Source of the DNA: the human T2T-CHM13v2.0 reference genome, Homo sapiens
Assembly (NCBI RefSeq): GCF_009914755.1
Contig: NC_060929.1
DNA length: 64,000 bases
Reading direction: 5' to 3' (one strand)
The notes under the pieces were generated by a model, which saw only the letters and a list, made by a program, of their open reading frames with translations, searched no databases and had not been told where the DNA came from. Shown piece after piece: positions 26,129 to 40,805 of this stretch. Every line of letters starts with the position of its first letter. Position 1 is the first letter of the stretch. Position numbers and translations under genes: made by a program.

Positions 26129-28646
26129 GGAACGTGCTTTTCAAATGTTTGTTTTTGCATTTGTTCTTTCCATTTCTTAGCCCTGTTTTAAGGGATCAGA
26201 TGAACTGCTCACACAGAAACTAGAGTCGCCTTCCAGACTGAATGCAGAAATACTAAAGAATCATTCCAGCAAACAAACCAACCCCGAAGCCATGCCCTAC
26301 ACACCCTGACAGAGCCAAAGATGGGGTCCAGTGCATGATTGTCAGCTGCTGCCCAGTAAATAGTTCTGCGTATTGAAAAACTCAGTATTCAGCTTCTGCC
26401 TTTCAAAAAAAAATCATGCTTTTAGAGGAATAGCTGAGAATGAGCTCCTTCTTAATCTGTCTCCACTACTCACACTGCAAGACCTTCCCTGTGGTCCCTC
26501 TCACCTTGCCAGGGTCCTCAGAGGCAGCCTTGCACACTCAGTAGTCACATCTGCACCCTTGCTGATGTCATGAGCCCCTCATCTGTCTAGTCCTCCCACT
26601 GCTCCTGGTGCAGACTGTCTTCCGTGGTCACACCATGGTGGCTGACACCAGCCACAGCGGCAGCTCCTTTCCAGAAACCCAGATGGGACATTAGAGTGCC
26701 TGCCACACCACTGCTTCCACGTGAAAGGTTGCCTTGGAGAGACCCAGACCTTTTGTTTCTAAGTCTTGATTAAGTTTTGCTTCTCTCTTTTATTGTAAAC
26801 AATCTACACATAGTCCCAATGCCAAGTGTATGTGCTCCAACATGCTGAATTGGCTGCCTGAATGAACCTGAGAAAACAGAGCTAGTGTCCTATGGACCAT
26901 TTATAATCCACCCATCCCCTGCCACTGAGTGAGCCCATTGTGAGGTGGCTTAGGCCCTTGGTACATCTGAGACAAGAAATGAGTCAAGGACTCCCAGAAT
27001 TTGGAAGGTGAACGAGGAAAGATAAATCATCTAGTCTCTCTTCCCTCTTTGTAGCTGAGAAGGCTATGGGCTCAGAGAGATTAAACAGTGCATGTGAGAT
27101 CAAAGGTGCAGTGACAGGCCACATCAGGATGGGTCCTGCTACCTTCTGGCTGCTTATATTCTACAGCCCAAGCTCTCTGCTCAGGCTTCTAAAACCACAT
27201 ACTTATGGCCACAAGGTCACATGACCTGAATCACCCCCAGACCAGGAGCATAGCCTTGTCTCTAGTGAATATAATCAGGGATGAACCTAAGGCATGAAAA
27301 CGGGCAGTGTCTTCGGGTTATCCTTAATCTGTATTAAACCAGCCATAATGAAGGATTTCTTCGGTGGACAAGGTACAGCTTTCCAAGATAGGAGCGAGGA
27401 TGAAGAGGACACTAGCCCCACTACTCCCAGATCACAGCTCAGAGTAGTCAAACAAAGAAAAAGCTCTTTTTATATTTATGAAATCGAAGTAGGAATAGAA
27501 GCAAAGTCGTCAGAAACAAAGAAGGAAGAAATCCTCCTGAATGGGGGAATATAGAGACTGTGATCTTTAAAGAGGTTCAAGTAGAGCGTTCAATGAAACA
27601 GGAATAAACAATCCAGGAGAATCAAAGCCCACGGTGTGTTCAGGCCTAGAAGGAATGTATTAAATGAATCTATGCTCTTTTCTTGCTGTTGTATCAGATA
27701 TTCTAGGTACAGTGTAGGAAATGGAATTAAATGAAGAATCAATAAAACAATAAACTTAAGTTAATGCAATGTTCAAGTAAACAGATTCTTCTAATCTTTT
27801 TCAAAAACGATAACTGAACATTTTATTATTTGGGAAATACAGTGAAATTAAAGGTTTCTTCTTATTACATTGAGCCCATAAGGGGAATCAGGATGTTCCA
27901 CAAATATATCACATCTCTTCAATTTTTATAGTGCACTTTTAAAGAAACAAGATCTTTTTTATATTATTTTAACCCACGTGTCTCGATTGCCAAGTTTCAG
28001 CTGAAAGAAGTTTGTCATAAATGAATTAGGGAAACATCTTTAGGAATGTCTTACTGAAACACGGACCACTCTTAACTCCAGAAACACTACTCACTGCCAC
28101 CTTCAGGTAACTGAAGAAGTTGGCTTTGTTACCCACAGATTTTCATCATATCTGAACTCAGAGGAGATGGAATTTTATGGCTATATAAAAGGACCTCATG
28201 ATATAAAATGGAAAAAAGCAAACATTAAACTATTTTATACATTTCAATAATGGTTCGGCTCCAGTGACCTTCTTTTATATCTCCCTTCAAAGGGAATTGT
28301 TATTATACTTTTGTCTTCTTCCCCTTGTTTAGCTCCAGATCGCCTGGAGGAACGATAAAAATAAATGAAGTCCATTAGATAAAATTATTATTTACACAAA
28401 GGCAATATTAATTTTATCTGTCAGCAGGTTTTAAAACTAAGTGAAAGTTCATTCAATCTACTTCTGTGTCAGCTAAAGCAACAAAAGTCCTTTCTAAGAA
28501 AAAAAAAAAAAAGAAAAAGAAAAAAGTACTTAAATAATGGGCTTTCAAGGCAATGTAACTACCTTGGCAATTTCTAAAGAATTTACCTAGAGATGTTTCC
28601 TCAGGGCAGAAAATTCATGTGGACACACTAAAATATTCCAGTTATA

Positions 28647-29064
<418 letters not shown>

Positions 29065-29069
29065 CTACT

Positions 29070-30025
29070 GTCATCAGTCTGGTCAACATCACTGATTACT
29101 TCCTGCTTGTGAAATCCAGGAAGCTTATGTAACTAGATATCTCCATGGCCTTTGTGACCACTGACCTTTCCTTGAATATCTCCTGACATCCTGTCTTCCC
29201 TGGATTCTGTAACTCCCCAATCTCTCTGTATTTATTTCACATCTGGCATTCTCCTCGAATGAAAGTACACTCCAACCTCTTCTGAATGTTCATTGTTTTC
29301 TCCATCTACACGTTCTCAGAGGCCCTTTTCTTCAAACCCATGTGATTTCACATGGTCTCTAAAAACTGGTGACTCTCAAATCTAGATCCTCTCCCCAACC
29401 TCTGTATATAATCTAGACTCATACATCAAAATAGGGGTATTTACATATAAAAGCCAGTGTAACTGCTCTAAAGCAGGCCTCATTATCTGTCTTCATCAGC
29501 TGTCTCCCTTGCGTCTGCTTCCTCTCATAGCTAACTACACCATCACTCAGACAGCCAACTCAGAGCTCAAGGGATACCCACCATTCCCTCCTCCTCCATC
29601 TTACCAAAACTCACTCCTCATTTTGTGAGTGTCTTGACAATCCTTCCCTTACCCACATTTAGAACCCATGCCCTCCTCTGGAATCCATGCCCTCCTCTCT
29701 GTCCTGACCAACCTCCTGTATTTCTTACCTCTGCAATTTCAGCCATTTTTGTTGTTGTTGTTGAGTTTCCTTGCTGCTAATCCCAACCCTTAAGCATCAC
29801 TTCTATGGAGCCTTCTATGAATTTTTTCCCACTTTTCTCTCGTCCCTATCTGGCCCCACTGTACGTTGATTCTTATTCCTGTTACAGCCTTTATCATCCT
29901 GAACTACAATTACCTGTGTATCTGCCTCCTTCTAAAACAAGGCTGTTAAAAACTCAGTCTCCAGATAGTACTGGACATAGTGCAGAAAAACAATCAACAC
30001 CTGAGAAGTGGATTGATGGAGAAAA
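29070..30025 (+). mobile_element. Degraded L2
   Basis: C/T-rich L2-like text (GACTCTCAAATCTAGAT...TCTAGACTCATACATC) and 3'-end-like segment near 29970-30020. Confidence 0.5.
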
Positions 30026-30889
30026 AGAATGCAAATCCACATGTGCCTCTCTACCTTACCTCTGTACCTCTTTACAATATTAGCACTTCCATTAAAATGC
30101 CATCCAAGTTCCCTTTTCTTCTATGACTCTGCCATTCGTTGTCACAGATGTTTTATCCCTCTTTTAAAATTCTCTTAACATCTGGTCCAAATATAAAGAT
30201 TCCCATGGTTTTGAAAAATGTCCTTTCTAAATGTCATAATTGTCCAATTAATGGTCAAAGGGATGAAGGGATTACTATAGCCAGACAGACTTAAAAAAAG
30301 GGGGGTCCCCTGGGCCTGGAAACATGAAAGCAGACGGAAGATATCACCAAATGTATGAACCCTGAGGGGGTCAGATAAGTTATTCCAGCACAGATAATTC
30401 ACTGGAACCACTTGAAATGTCAAAGGACAAAAAAGGAGGATATTATAATTCACACCAGAAAGAAACTTACTGAATTAATAATTTTAGGTTAAGAAATACA
30501 AATACCTTAAAATATTATCAGATAAATTTACAGTAAATAGACTGCTAATAAACTTAGATAAACTATTTAGCAGAAAGGCTTCTGATCTGATGTTTTCAGA
30601 TTTTAGTCAGGAATAACACGGTGTATATCTGATGAAACCTTTTAAATCCAATGGATTAGACATGTCAATGCCGATACCTTTGAGTTAATTAGAGTTTGTC
30701 ACAATCTTTGATCTCAAAAAAAAAAAGTCAGACCTCTAGAGCACTAATCACCATTTTTGGTGAGTATATTAAAAATAAAAATAAGAAATCCATCCTAAAA
30801 GAAAAAATTACCAAGACATATCATATAAAAATCAAAGATTTCACTAACTAGACAATAAAAAAGATGCAAAAAATCCAAAGTAGGTTATG

Positions 30890-31070
30890 TACACTACTCA
30901 AACATCTTTTACAGGTTTCCTGAAATAGACCTATAAGATAAGTGTTCTCATTCCTTTGCCATTTTGCAGATGTGGAGACAGGACTCAAGGAGGTCCCATT
31001 TCCAAATGGAAGAAGTAAAATTTTAACAGGTAAGTCCCTGGCCCTAAAACCCAGGGTCATCTTGCTGTCC
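30890..31070 (-). mobile_element. MIR
   Basis: CCATTTTGCAGATGTGGAGACAGGACTC core. Confidence 0.6.
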
Positions 31071-31369
31071 TCTCACTTCTACAAAGATTGTCTATTGACT
31101 AAGGATTAGGAGTCATGCTAGACACACAGGTCATCCAGCTGAAGAAATAAGCTGATGATTTATTCCTACTAACTAACTTCTTGTCGGGCCTGAAAATGTG
31201 TTTTCTTAGAGAGGAAAATTTCACTAAGTAACTAGCTGCAGCATCATTCACTGACCCTGGGACCAGAGACCTCACTGACCAGGATTTAATCCAGCAAATG
31301 ACGCAATGGCTTTGTCCGTGTCATGTGCCCTCCTGTCCTTGAGGCAGGGGCAGAGGGGCAGGATGGGCT

Positions 31370-32800
31370 CATTCAGTCCCATGACTTAAATAACATTTAT
31401 CGGCTGGTGAATATAAGTGTACATATCACCTTCAACCTGTGCCTGAAACTGCAACTTCATCTGCCTCTTCATCTCTACCTGAGACAAAGAATTGCCTCCC
31501 AACTAACCAGGATCAAGCAAACCACTGGTGGTCCCCCTTCCCCAGTCTACTTCCTGGCTGAGTCTTCGCCATCACAGCTGGAGTCATTTTGGATTGCTCT
31601 AATTCCCCCACACAACACTCTAAACCATAAGCAAATCCCGTCACTACTTCCTCAAAAAATGTATACCGCACCCCTGTCCCCTTCTCTCCCATCTGCTACT
31701 GCAATCCCACCTCAAGCACCTTCCTCTCTCACCTGGATTTAGCAGAAGCTATTCTAATGTGCCTTGGTGTTTTTCATTCATGCCCCTCAAAAGTCCATTT
31801 TCTGTGTTGCATCCAGATAAATCTTTGTAAAGAGCTCATCTGATTAAGTAATTTTTCCCTGTTCAAAAATTTCCAATAGATCTCTTTGCAACCTCCCTAA
31901 AATGCAAGATCCTGACCCCACCAACAAACCCTCCTCCATGGCCACCTCCCTATTTCTACATGATCTCCAGCCTTCCTGTTCCCTGTGCTCCCGCCACACA
32001 CATGCACACACACATATGCACATGCACGCGTGTGCATGGAACTGCTTTCTGGTCTTGAAACCCACCAAGCTCATCACCTTGCAGATGGCGCTTGCTGGCC
32101 CTTAGATCCTAGATCTTTTTCTACATTCTCCCAAGGTCCCTTCTCACTATTCAGGTTTTACTAAAATGTCACCTCTACAGGAAAGCCTCCCTGGCCAGGC
32201 AGGCTAAAGTACCTCCCTTTTACTCCACTATTAGATTCCATTATTATTTTATCTTCTTCACATCACTTAAAACTACTTCAAATTGCTTGACTGATACATT
32301 TTTGAGTTTGGGAATTTTTTTACATCCTATTATATGAAATTGATTTAAAGGATCTATAATTTTCACAGCTTCTCCTTTTAATGTGCTGTATGTATATCAA
32401 AATAACATGTTGTACATCTTAGGTATATACAAGTAAATACATAAATAAATAAAAATATTTCATAAGATACAGGTATATTCAGTACCTTCAAAGAAGGTAA
32501 ATTGAGGGGGGGAAGCTTCAGTAATGGGACAGAATAAAATATATTGGCGAGCTCAATGACAGCAAAATAGTTTCCAGAGGCCTTTGTCCTCAGTCATTTC
32601 AGTGATATTGGATATGTATGCTTGTGTGGGAGGAATAACAGGACTTAGATTATGATAGTCAGTTGATGTCCTTGTGTGAGTCCTGTTTAACACACTGGAA
32701 TACAAGTAACTGGAGGACAGATTTTATTTTGTTCTCTTGCTATCCCCAGGGCCTAGGACACAGTATGACCCATATAAATATTATCAACTGATTGACTAGG
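31370..32800 (+). mobile_element. L2 fragments, with a short L1 3'-terminal piece at ~32385-32460
   Basis: CTCATTCAGTCCCATGACTTAAATAAC...CTCTCTCACCTGGATT...AAATGTCACCTCT L2 text; ATCAAAATAACATGTTGTACA L1 end. Confidence 0.6.
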
Positions 32801-33464
32801 CAGTGGAAAGGCCAGAAACCAAGATAGTCATTTTCCAAGTGATGGATAAACTCACTATGAAGGCCAAGATACCTTCTACTAAATAAAGGCAATGAATCAT
32901 CCACTTTATTTTAGCCATTGAGCAGTGCTTACGGCAAGTTTCAGGAGCACTGCTATGGAAAAGTACAAGTTAGTTCACAGTCAGCCTATTAGGTGAAACT
33001 TAGGAATACAAAGTCAGTACAGAATTAGCTTCCCCTAAAGCATCTAATGATTAGCACATATGCGATGCTATAAAATCTCACATGCTGTGAACATACGGTA
33101 TCTCATCCTTCAGTTCATTAGCCTGAAATGTGGAGAGGTCATGGAGGACATTACAATAAAGGTCTCCATGGTGGAAAAGTAACCCCCAAGTGTGTTCACT
33201 TCTGTATTTCAAAATATTAAAACCTATGTGATGGGAAATATGTTAATGAAAATACAAAAATGATCCCATCCTAAATATAAAGCCAGAAAAGTGAATGACA
33301 GATTGCATCCATTTGGTAAGTAGCTCCTAAATACTGAAGGGGTTAAATACTGTTGCTGGATGCCTGACTGTCTCCTTTTTCAGTCCAAAAGAGTGAGAAC
33401 CATCTACGGTGTTCCTCAGCCTACAAAGTACCAGTGATCCACCCTGCCTCCAATGCTAGTTTAG

Positions 33465-33670
33465 GAGAGGCAGCCTTGCATAGATACTAGGAGCACAGAC
33501 TCTGGATCCAGATCACCTGGGTTCAAATCTTCGCTCCACCATTAACCTTATGCTTCAGTTCCCATGCCCTGTAATATGGAGATAAAAACCATAGCTTAAA
33601 ATTATATGAGTTAATTTGAAAGAACTTAGACCACTTACTGGCAATTACGAAGCACTAAAAAATTTTGACA
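33465..33670 (+). mobile_element. MIR
   Basis: GAGCACAGACTCTGGATCCAGATCACCTGGGTTCAAATC head. Confidence 0.7.
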
Positions 33671-33829
33671 ATTATAAACAAATAAAGGCTATTTAATAAA
33701 AAGAAAAATGCTTTATAAATCTTGTAGGAAAGACACGTCTAACAAACAAATTAGTGTCTTCCTAAAAAAAGACAATAAAACCAGTTCAGTGTTTAATAAG
33801 AACAGTGAGAATGTGCTGCCTTAGCCTTA

Positions 33830-34150
33830 GGAAAATTCAACATCTGCCCAAGAAATCTATAAAAGAATGCTCATAGCAGCATTGTTCATAATAGCAAAAA
33901 ATTAGAAATAATACAGGTGTCCATTGAGAGAATGCAAATATTCATGGTCTCTTATATCACAGTGAAAATGGATGGACAACAGCTATATGCAAAGTAAATA
34001 TTAGAAATAAGAACGTTGAGAGAAAAAAGAATAATATAGTAAATCAATATTTACCGCCAATAAAAAAACAAGCACAATTAAACAATATTTTGAATTCGAT
34101 AAAAGTAAATGTGCAAGGAAAAGTAAAAGGAAGCTTCACAGTAGTGCTAC
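33830..34150 (+). mobile_element. L1ME-type fragment
   Basis: AAGAATGCTCATAGCAGCATTGTTCATAATAGCAAAAAATTAGAAA. Confidence 0.65.
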
Positions 34151-36266
34151 TGTGAATATGAATAAGTGTGGTATGAACAACAGAGGTATTCCCCAGGATC
34201 AAGCCCCCAGTGGAATGAGGTCACCCACAGTCCTTCTTAGGCCCCACACTTTCCCACTTCCACCCTTCTGCCTGGAACACACTCCCCCATGTCCATTTTA
34301 GAACCTTATCCATTCTCTGAGGTCCAAATCAAACACCAGCTCCCCCAAGAGTGGTAACCATTTACCATGTGAGAAGCAAGGAAGCCTCCAGGAAGCGTGC
34401 TCAGGACACACCATTGCCTCCATGGCCCTCAGCACGCCCTGCCGTGGAGTCTGGCTTCCTGTGATGTGGGATACGGTGTCCCTGCTGTACACTAAAGCCA
34501 CAAGACCAGAGCCTGGCCTGCTTGTTACTGTGGCCACTCACTGCCCACCAAAGTTTCTTGCACGTAGAAAGTACCTAATATTTATGGAATGAACATAACA
34601 ACCAACCGAGCAATAACAAGTCATGGAAAGAAGCCCCAGGTTGATCTGGGAGGAGGTGGGGGAGCAGGCAGGTTTTGGAAGTGTGGGAATCATGTCAACG
34701 AAGTGGAAATAAAGAGACCACACTTTTGGCAGAGAAATGAAATAAAGTCTCAAGATAGAATGTACCAAGAATGGAGGTAGCAAATGCATTTTTGTTTGAA
34801 AAGACCAAAGTTATAAGTAGTATGGCACATCCATACTATTAAATATTATACAGCTTATTAAGCCAATGTAGTAAAACTCTATATACTGAGTTTATAAATT
34901 CAATAATGATGTGAGTGGAAAAAAATAAAGTGCAGACATTTATTTATCTATAGATTAAAAATAGAGAAGAAAAACTCCAATGTTTGACTAAAATAAACTA
35001 ATTTTTTTAATGTTTGTAAGTGCCAAGAAAATTGTGGTTACTCCTAAGTCGTAGGAAAATTTTTAAAAATATAATTCTATATTAAATTTTCAACAATATG
35101 CATTTATTAATTTGGTAATTTAAAATGAGCAAAATATTTACATTTAAAGGAAGGAGGTAAGATTAGTTTTATGGGTTAACCAGTGAGACAGGACTTCAAT
35201 GCACATATTTAGATCCAGTTCAGGGTTGACTTGCCAGGTATAAGACAGCAGAAAACCATGGAGGGAACCATTGCTGCAGTACGGAAAAGAAAAAACTGGT
35301 TCAAAGAATGGGAGGTGTGAAGATATAAACCTTCATAAAGCAGAGGTCTTCTTTCCATAAGTGTTCTCCAAACTGAACGTGAAATCTTTGTTATTCTCAT
35401 GTAAAGTTGGGCCAAAAAAAAGTTATGTTCAGAATGTGTGGCATACAGGTGTAGCCTGTAAGTCAATGATAGCCATTCCTAAAACTGGAACCTGCTACCT
35501 CTTACTTGCTAGACTCAGTTTACCTGGAGGGAAAAAAGTCACTTGTACCTAAGGAAATGAAATTGGTTTTATCAGCTGCATCAGATAAACTATGTTATCC
35601 AAAGCTTTCTGCTTATACCAAGAAGAAATGCTCAGGCACATAGTCATTGACACTTTCCACTGTGACTTGGCCATACTGCATTTTGGTCCTCAAAGTGGCC
35701 CCCGTAGCTAGGTAAATAGAACACACCTGTTAATTCGTTATAGGCAAAGTAGCACACATGTTTTTCTCTGTATGCAATAGATTACATTTCTGGTTGAGTG
35801 AGTAGATGAAAGTGATGTGCCTTCTCTAACATCATATGTAGGAGGAAAAATGTTCTGCTTAATCTTACTGTTCAAGAAAATCCCTGCAGTTCTCTTTGAT
35901 TATGACCACAGTAACATAAGAGACAGTTCATTAACCACAGAGATGAAACTGGAGGAGATGGGGCTGTGCTTTAAGGAATAAACACTTCATTCTGGAAGGT
36001 CAGATGTTTCCCAAGCACAAATCTCACAGTTTAAGGATACTTCCTTGCAGGGGCACACAGACAGATCTATTTAGTTTAGTAACTAATACCGTGTATCACA
36101 ATAAATGACAGGTTGTGGAAGGAAGCTACCCACACGAGAAGTCTGGAAAAAAGTTAGTTTACAACTTGTAGGATCAGGCAGTACTTTAATGACTGTGAGT
36201 TTTAAAACACAAACATGAGGCAGTTGGTTGGTATGGCTGCTTAACAGAACGGTCTCTTTTGATTTA

Positions 36267-36278
36267 ATGCGCGTGCGT

Positions 36279-36313
<35 letters not shown>
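36267..36313. repeat. ATGCGCGTGCGTGC(AC)16 microsatellite
   Basis: Directly visible; reads (UG)n in the SEMA5A pre-mRNA. Confidence 0.96.
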
Positions 36314-36315
<2 letters not shown>

Positions 36316-36403
36316 TACATCCTAAGAGCTTAACATTATTTATCTACTTTGCCTAGTTGGTTTCACCTCTAGGACATTCTCCAAAGGAATTCATCAGATA
36401 TTT

Positions 36404-36957
36404 TGTGCTGGGTATATTTTCTTGATTTCTGTATTCTTGATCCTCTGGCATTTGGAGCCTTGTTTCTAGAGAGACTGGCCCTCCTAGGGCTAGCATATTC
36501 GTAAAGACAGCAAACAACACCCCAGAGGATACCTCTGCATACCTACCAACCAGCCAAGCCAGAGCCCCCACTCTCAACCATCTCCTTTATCAAATTCTCA
36601 CCCAATGTGCTAATGTTCCCCCTACCTAAAGCACCCCAGAGCCAACTACCACAGCAGTAGGGAACACCACATAGCCCAGCACCCACCAAAAATACTCAAA
36701 CTCTCAAATCCTAAACTTAGTGTACTCACCCTGCCTTGCCCACTCCTTACAGAGAGAACCCCAGTCAAGCCTCTGCAAGCCTCGGTTTTCTTCTGCCTCC
36801 CAACCCTCCCTGGTCCTTCCCCACGTGGCCCTGTGTAGCATTATGAGCCTCTTGTTTACAGAGTCTGTGAGCATAAACCTTTTCTTCATGACCATCATGT
36901 CTGCCTCTGCTGTCTCACCATCCTTGATTAACACAAATCCCACAGACATTTTTAACA
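36404..36957 (+). mobile_element. ERVL solo LTR (MER74/MER73/MER54-like)
   Basis: TATTCTTGA...CTGGCATTTGGAGCCTTG...GAGAGACTGGCCCTCCTAGGGCTAGC...CACCCCAGAGCCA... ending TTTAACA. Confidence 0.7.
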
Positions 36958-37359
36958 TAGATGTCAGCAAAGATTTACACTGAAATATATTCAACCTAGT
37001 CTGATTATTATGTGTTACAAGCATCGTTTGGAAGCTTCTACTGAGGAAGAGGGAAATAGTTCTATACAAATGGAACAAGGAAGACAAAAAAAAAAAATAG
37101 GACCAAAGAAGACAAAATAAAATCAGGAAGACAAGACATTGCTTTTAAGATAAATATGCTCAAGTTATAATATTAAGTGTATTGGCAAGAAACTCAACTC
37201 TATGTACAGCACATAAACAAACACACACATAGTTGCACACCCACATATACACATCCACACAGCTGCACACATAAATGAGTGCTCATGTGAATGCACACAC
37301 AAAAACACTTTCATATTGAAATATAAACATACATTTCTATAATTTATAAAACCAGCTGC

Positions 37360-37545
37360 ACCTATCAGTGCCAGGTTGCAAATTCCAGCTCAGCCACTTC
37401 CTGGTTGTGTGTTCTGTGCTTCCATCTTCAAGTGGGGATAATACTAGCACCTTTCTCATATGGTTTGTAAGGATTTAATAATTTAATCAACGTAAAACAC
37501 TTAGAACAGTGCCAGGTCCACTGCAAGTACTCAATAATGGTTAGA
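37360..37545 (+). mobile_element. MIR
   Basis: AATTCCAGCTCAGCCACTT...GGGGATAATACTAGCACC...GTAAAACACTTAGAACAGTGCC. Confidence 0.75.
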
Positions 37546-39107
37546 CATGACAATGCAGGTCTTTAAGGTTATAATGAACATCTGGAGAAAAACACACCCA
37601 ATCATTAGAACATTCTGAGATATATGGCTTTGCACATTTTTAATGCTTTGGGGCAATTGTTTTTGCAAGATTAATGTAAATTAGCATGTATGATTATTAT
37701 AATAAAAAGTCATGTATCCTTTTGCTAAGAAGATGCTGCAGACAAGAATCAAGATGAATTGGGAGCTTAAGCGCTGTCTCTAATTCACACCACCAGAGGA
37801 TTGCAGTAGCTTTACTAATAAGTCCAGTCCCCATAAATTTGTTATACATGGTCATGCTTGAAGATGGCATCAAGAATGTGGAAGACAGTGTCAAAGACAG
37901 CCCTTAATTATTTTTAAAATGACTAGAATTCTCATACCAAATTCTCAAATCACCATCCAAACAGCCTCATCCTAACTCCACAACACCATGTTGATCACGA
38001 TTCCCTGGAGCTTGGCATGTGAGTGGTGCTCTTCTGATAGGAAGAGCTGATCCACGCTATCATCTTCAGAGAAAAATAAAATAGAGTGCAATGATATGCC
38101 CAACTTCTCTACAGGAAATCCAACATGGCCAAGTATTTTTTTTCCACAGTAGAAAACTTGAATTTAAATTAGATTTTTTACATAAGCAGCACAATGACCA
38201 AAGACCACTGACTGAGATGAAAACAGAAAAACACACGTCAAGGAAAACACTATGATATCCAGAAGCCTAGAAAAAATATGACACTGGTGTGGCATCAAAT
38301 TCCAGATCAAATTAAGTGCACTGGTGGCAAGCATCCATAACTTCCTAAATGGAAGTCGGAGCTAAAGTGTTCAAAAACACCAGAGCTGGCATCTTCATTT
38401 ATCTTGAGAGTTTCCCCCACATATCGTACTGAAGATAAAATACAATGAGATCATAACCCTTCAAAAGCGTAGCTTATTGTGCAATATTTTTCTCCAGTGG
38501 TTAATGGTGATTCTCACAGATTGGAACAGAAAAGGTTATAGCAAGGGCCAGGTCTGCAAGCACATTGAGAAAATAATTTCCTAACAGACAAGAGCCTCAG
38601 TAGAGTAGAAAAGACACCAGCATGGCTGAGGATACTGAAGAACTGCAATTCAGGTAGATCAGGTACCAAGCCCTTCTGCCCTTCAGATGAAAAGTCTCTT
38701 CCATTTACCAAATTTGCCCACAAAAATATTTCAATTTTCTGTGTCTAATGTCATGAAAAACTTTGGAAAAAACTATGAGAGTTTGAGAAACACAGGCCTA
38801 GGTTTAATCTGGAAAATAAAGTATGATTCGGCAAAGTGAACCTTCTAGCACCAGGTTATCAGCAATCTAGAAAGTGGCTGTGCCAGGACTTGAATTCACA
38901 TGTGTCTGAATCGGAAACCACTGTGCAAGCCTGTGCTACCAATGGTATAAAGACTGACTGTTTTGAGTATCCTGATAATTTGCAAAAATATTGTACCATC
39001 ATCATCAAAGAAAACGCCACATTTTTTAACTTTGAAAAATGTGTGCTTCATTTCAAATGTAAGATAGTGCTAAGATAGTTACCTCTCTATAAAAAATGAA
39101 TTTCAAT

Positions 39108-39685
39108 AACCCAGCAATCCCACTCCTATGTCTGTATCTAAGAGAAAGAAAATATCTGTTCACATAAAACTTGTACATGAACATTCATAGCAGCACTATT
39201 GATAATAGTCTAAAAAGTAGAAATGATCTGAATGTCCATCAACTAATACATGGAGAACAGATGAAGAAAATGTGGTAGATGCTACAATGAAGTGTTATTC
39301 AGCCAGTAAAAGGAATAAAGTGCTGACATATGCTATAATGTGGATGCTATAACATGCTATAAGCCTTGAAAACATGATAAGTGAAAGAAATCAGGCACAA
39401 TAGGCCACACATTTTACGATTCCATGTATATAAAATATCTAGAATATGCAAATCCGTAGAGACAGAATATAGATTAGTGATTGCCAGGGGTTGATGGAAG
39501 GAAGAATGGAGAGTTTCTGCTAATGGATACGGGTGTTCTTTCTGGGGTCATCAGAATGTTCTAAATTTAGATAACAGTGGTGGTTACACAGCTCTGTGAA
39601 TGTATGAAAAATTATGAAAAATCTCAAAAGGGTAAATTTTATGATATGTGATTTATATCTTATGTAAAGCTGTTATTAAAAAATA
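39108..39685 (+). mobile_element. L1MB 3' end
   Basis: ACCCAGCAATCCCACTCCTA...AAATCCGTAGAGACAGAATATAGATTAGTGATTGCCAGGGG...AAAGCTGTTATTAAAAAA. Confidence 0.85.
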
Positions 39686-39983
39686 ATTTCCAACTAGCAA
39701 CCAGGCTACCAGGTTCTTGTGATGATGGTTCCAGCAGAAGCTGGTGATAGAGAAAGAAGATTAGGGTGTGGCTGATGACGGAAAGGGGCCTTGAGGGGAA
39801 CTTCTCAGTCTTGGGTAAGAGGGGCTTCCACAGTGGTGTTTGGTGATAGCGGTGACTATGGGAGTCACAAAAGTAAAGGAGAGAGCTCTTTATATAGGAA
39901 GCTTTCCATAGTCTAGGTTCCCATTAGCTTGACATAGATGGTGAAGGGGGATAAGATACTGGTATACATACAAAGTAAAAGAG

Positions 39984-40375
39984 CCATATACACCGTGGAA
40001 TACTATGCAGCCATAAAAAAGGATGACTTCATATCCTTTGCAGGAACATCTATGAAGCTGTGAACCATCATTCTCAGCAAACTAACACAGGAACAGAAAA
40101 CCAAACACCACATGTTCTCACTCATAAGTGGGAGTTGAACAATGAGAACACATGGACACAGCGAGGGGAACATCACACACCAGGGCCTGTCGCAGGGTTG
40201 GAGGCGAAGTGAGGGAAAGCATTAAGACAAATACCTAATGCATGTAGGGCTTAAAACCTAGATGATGGGTTGATAGGTGCAGCAAACCACCACAGCATAT
40301 GTATACCTATGTAACAAGCCTGCACGTTCTGCACATGTATCCCAGAACTTAAAGTAAAATTTAAAAAATAAAAGA
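39984..40375 (+). mobile_element. L1PA (about PA7-8) 3' end
   Basis: GGAATACTATGCAGCCATAAAAAAGGATGA...CACATGTTCTCACTCATAAGTGGGAGTTGAACAATGAGAAC...CCCAGAACTTAAAGTAAAAT. Confidence 0.92.
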
Positions 40376-40445
40376 ATTAAACTCAGATAACTTAAAAAAT
40401 AAAAATTAAAAATAAATTCTTTTTATCATTTTCAATTCAGAATAA

Positions 40446-40805
<360 letters not shown>

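Noticed and set aside
27294-27554. 86-aa ATG ORF with an acidic patch and some CpGs; possible processed pseudogene piece
   Set aside because: I recognise no homologue and see no poly-A or TSD; the length is within chance. A BLASTX/PhyloCSF hit would be needed.
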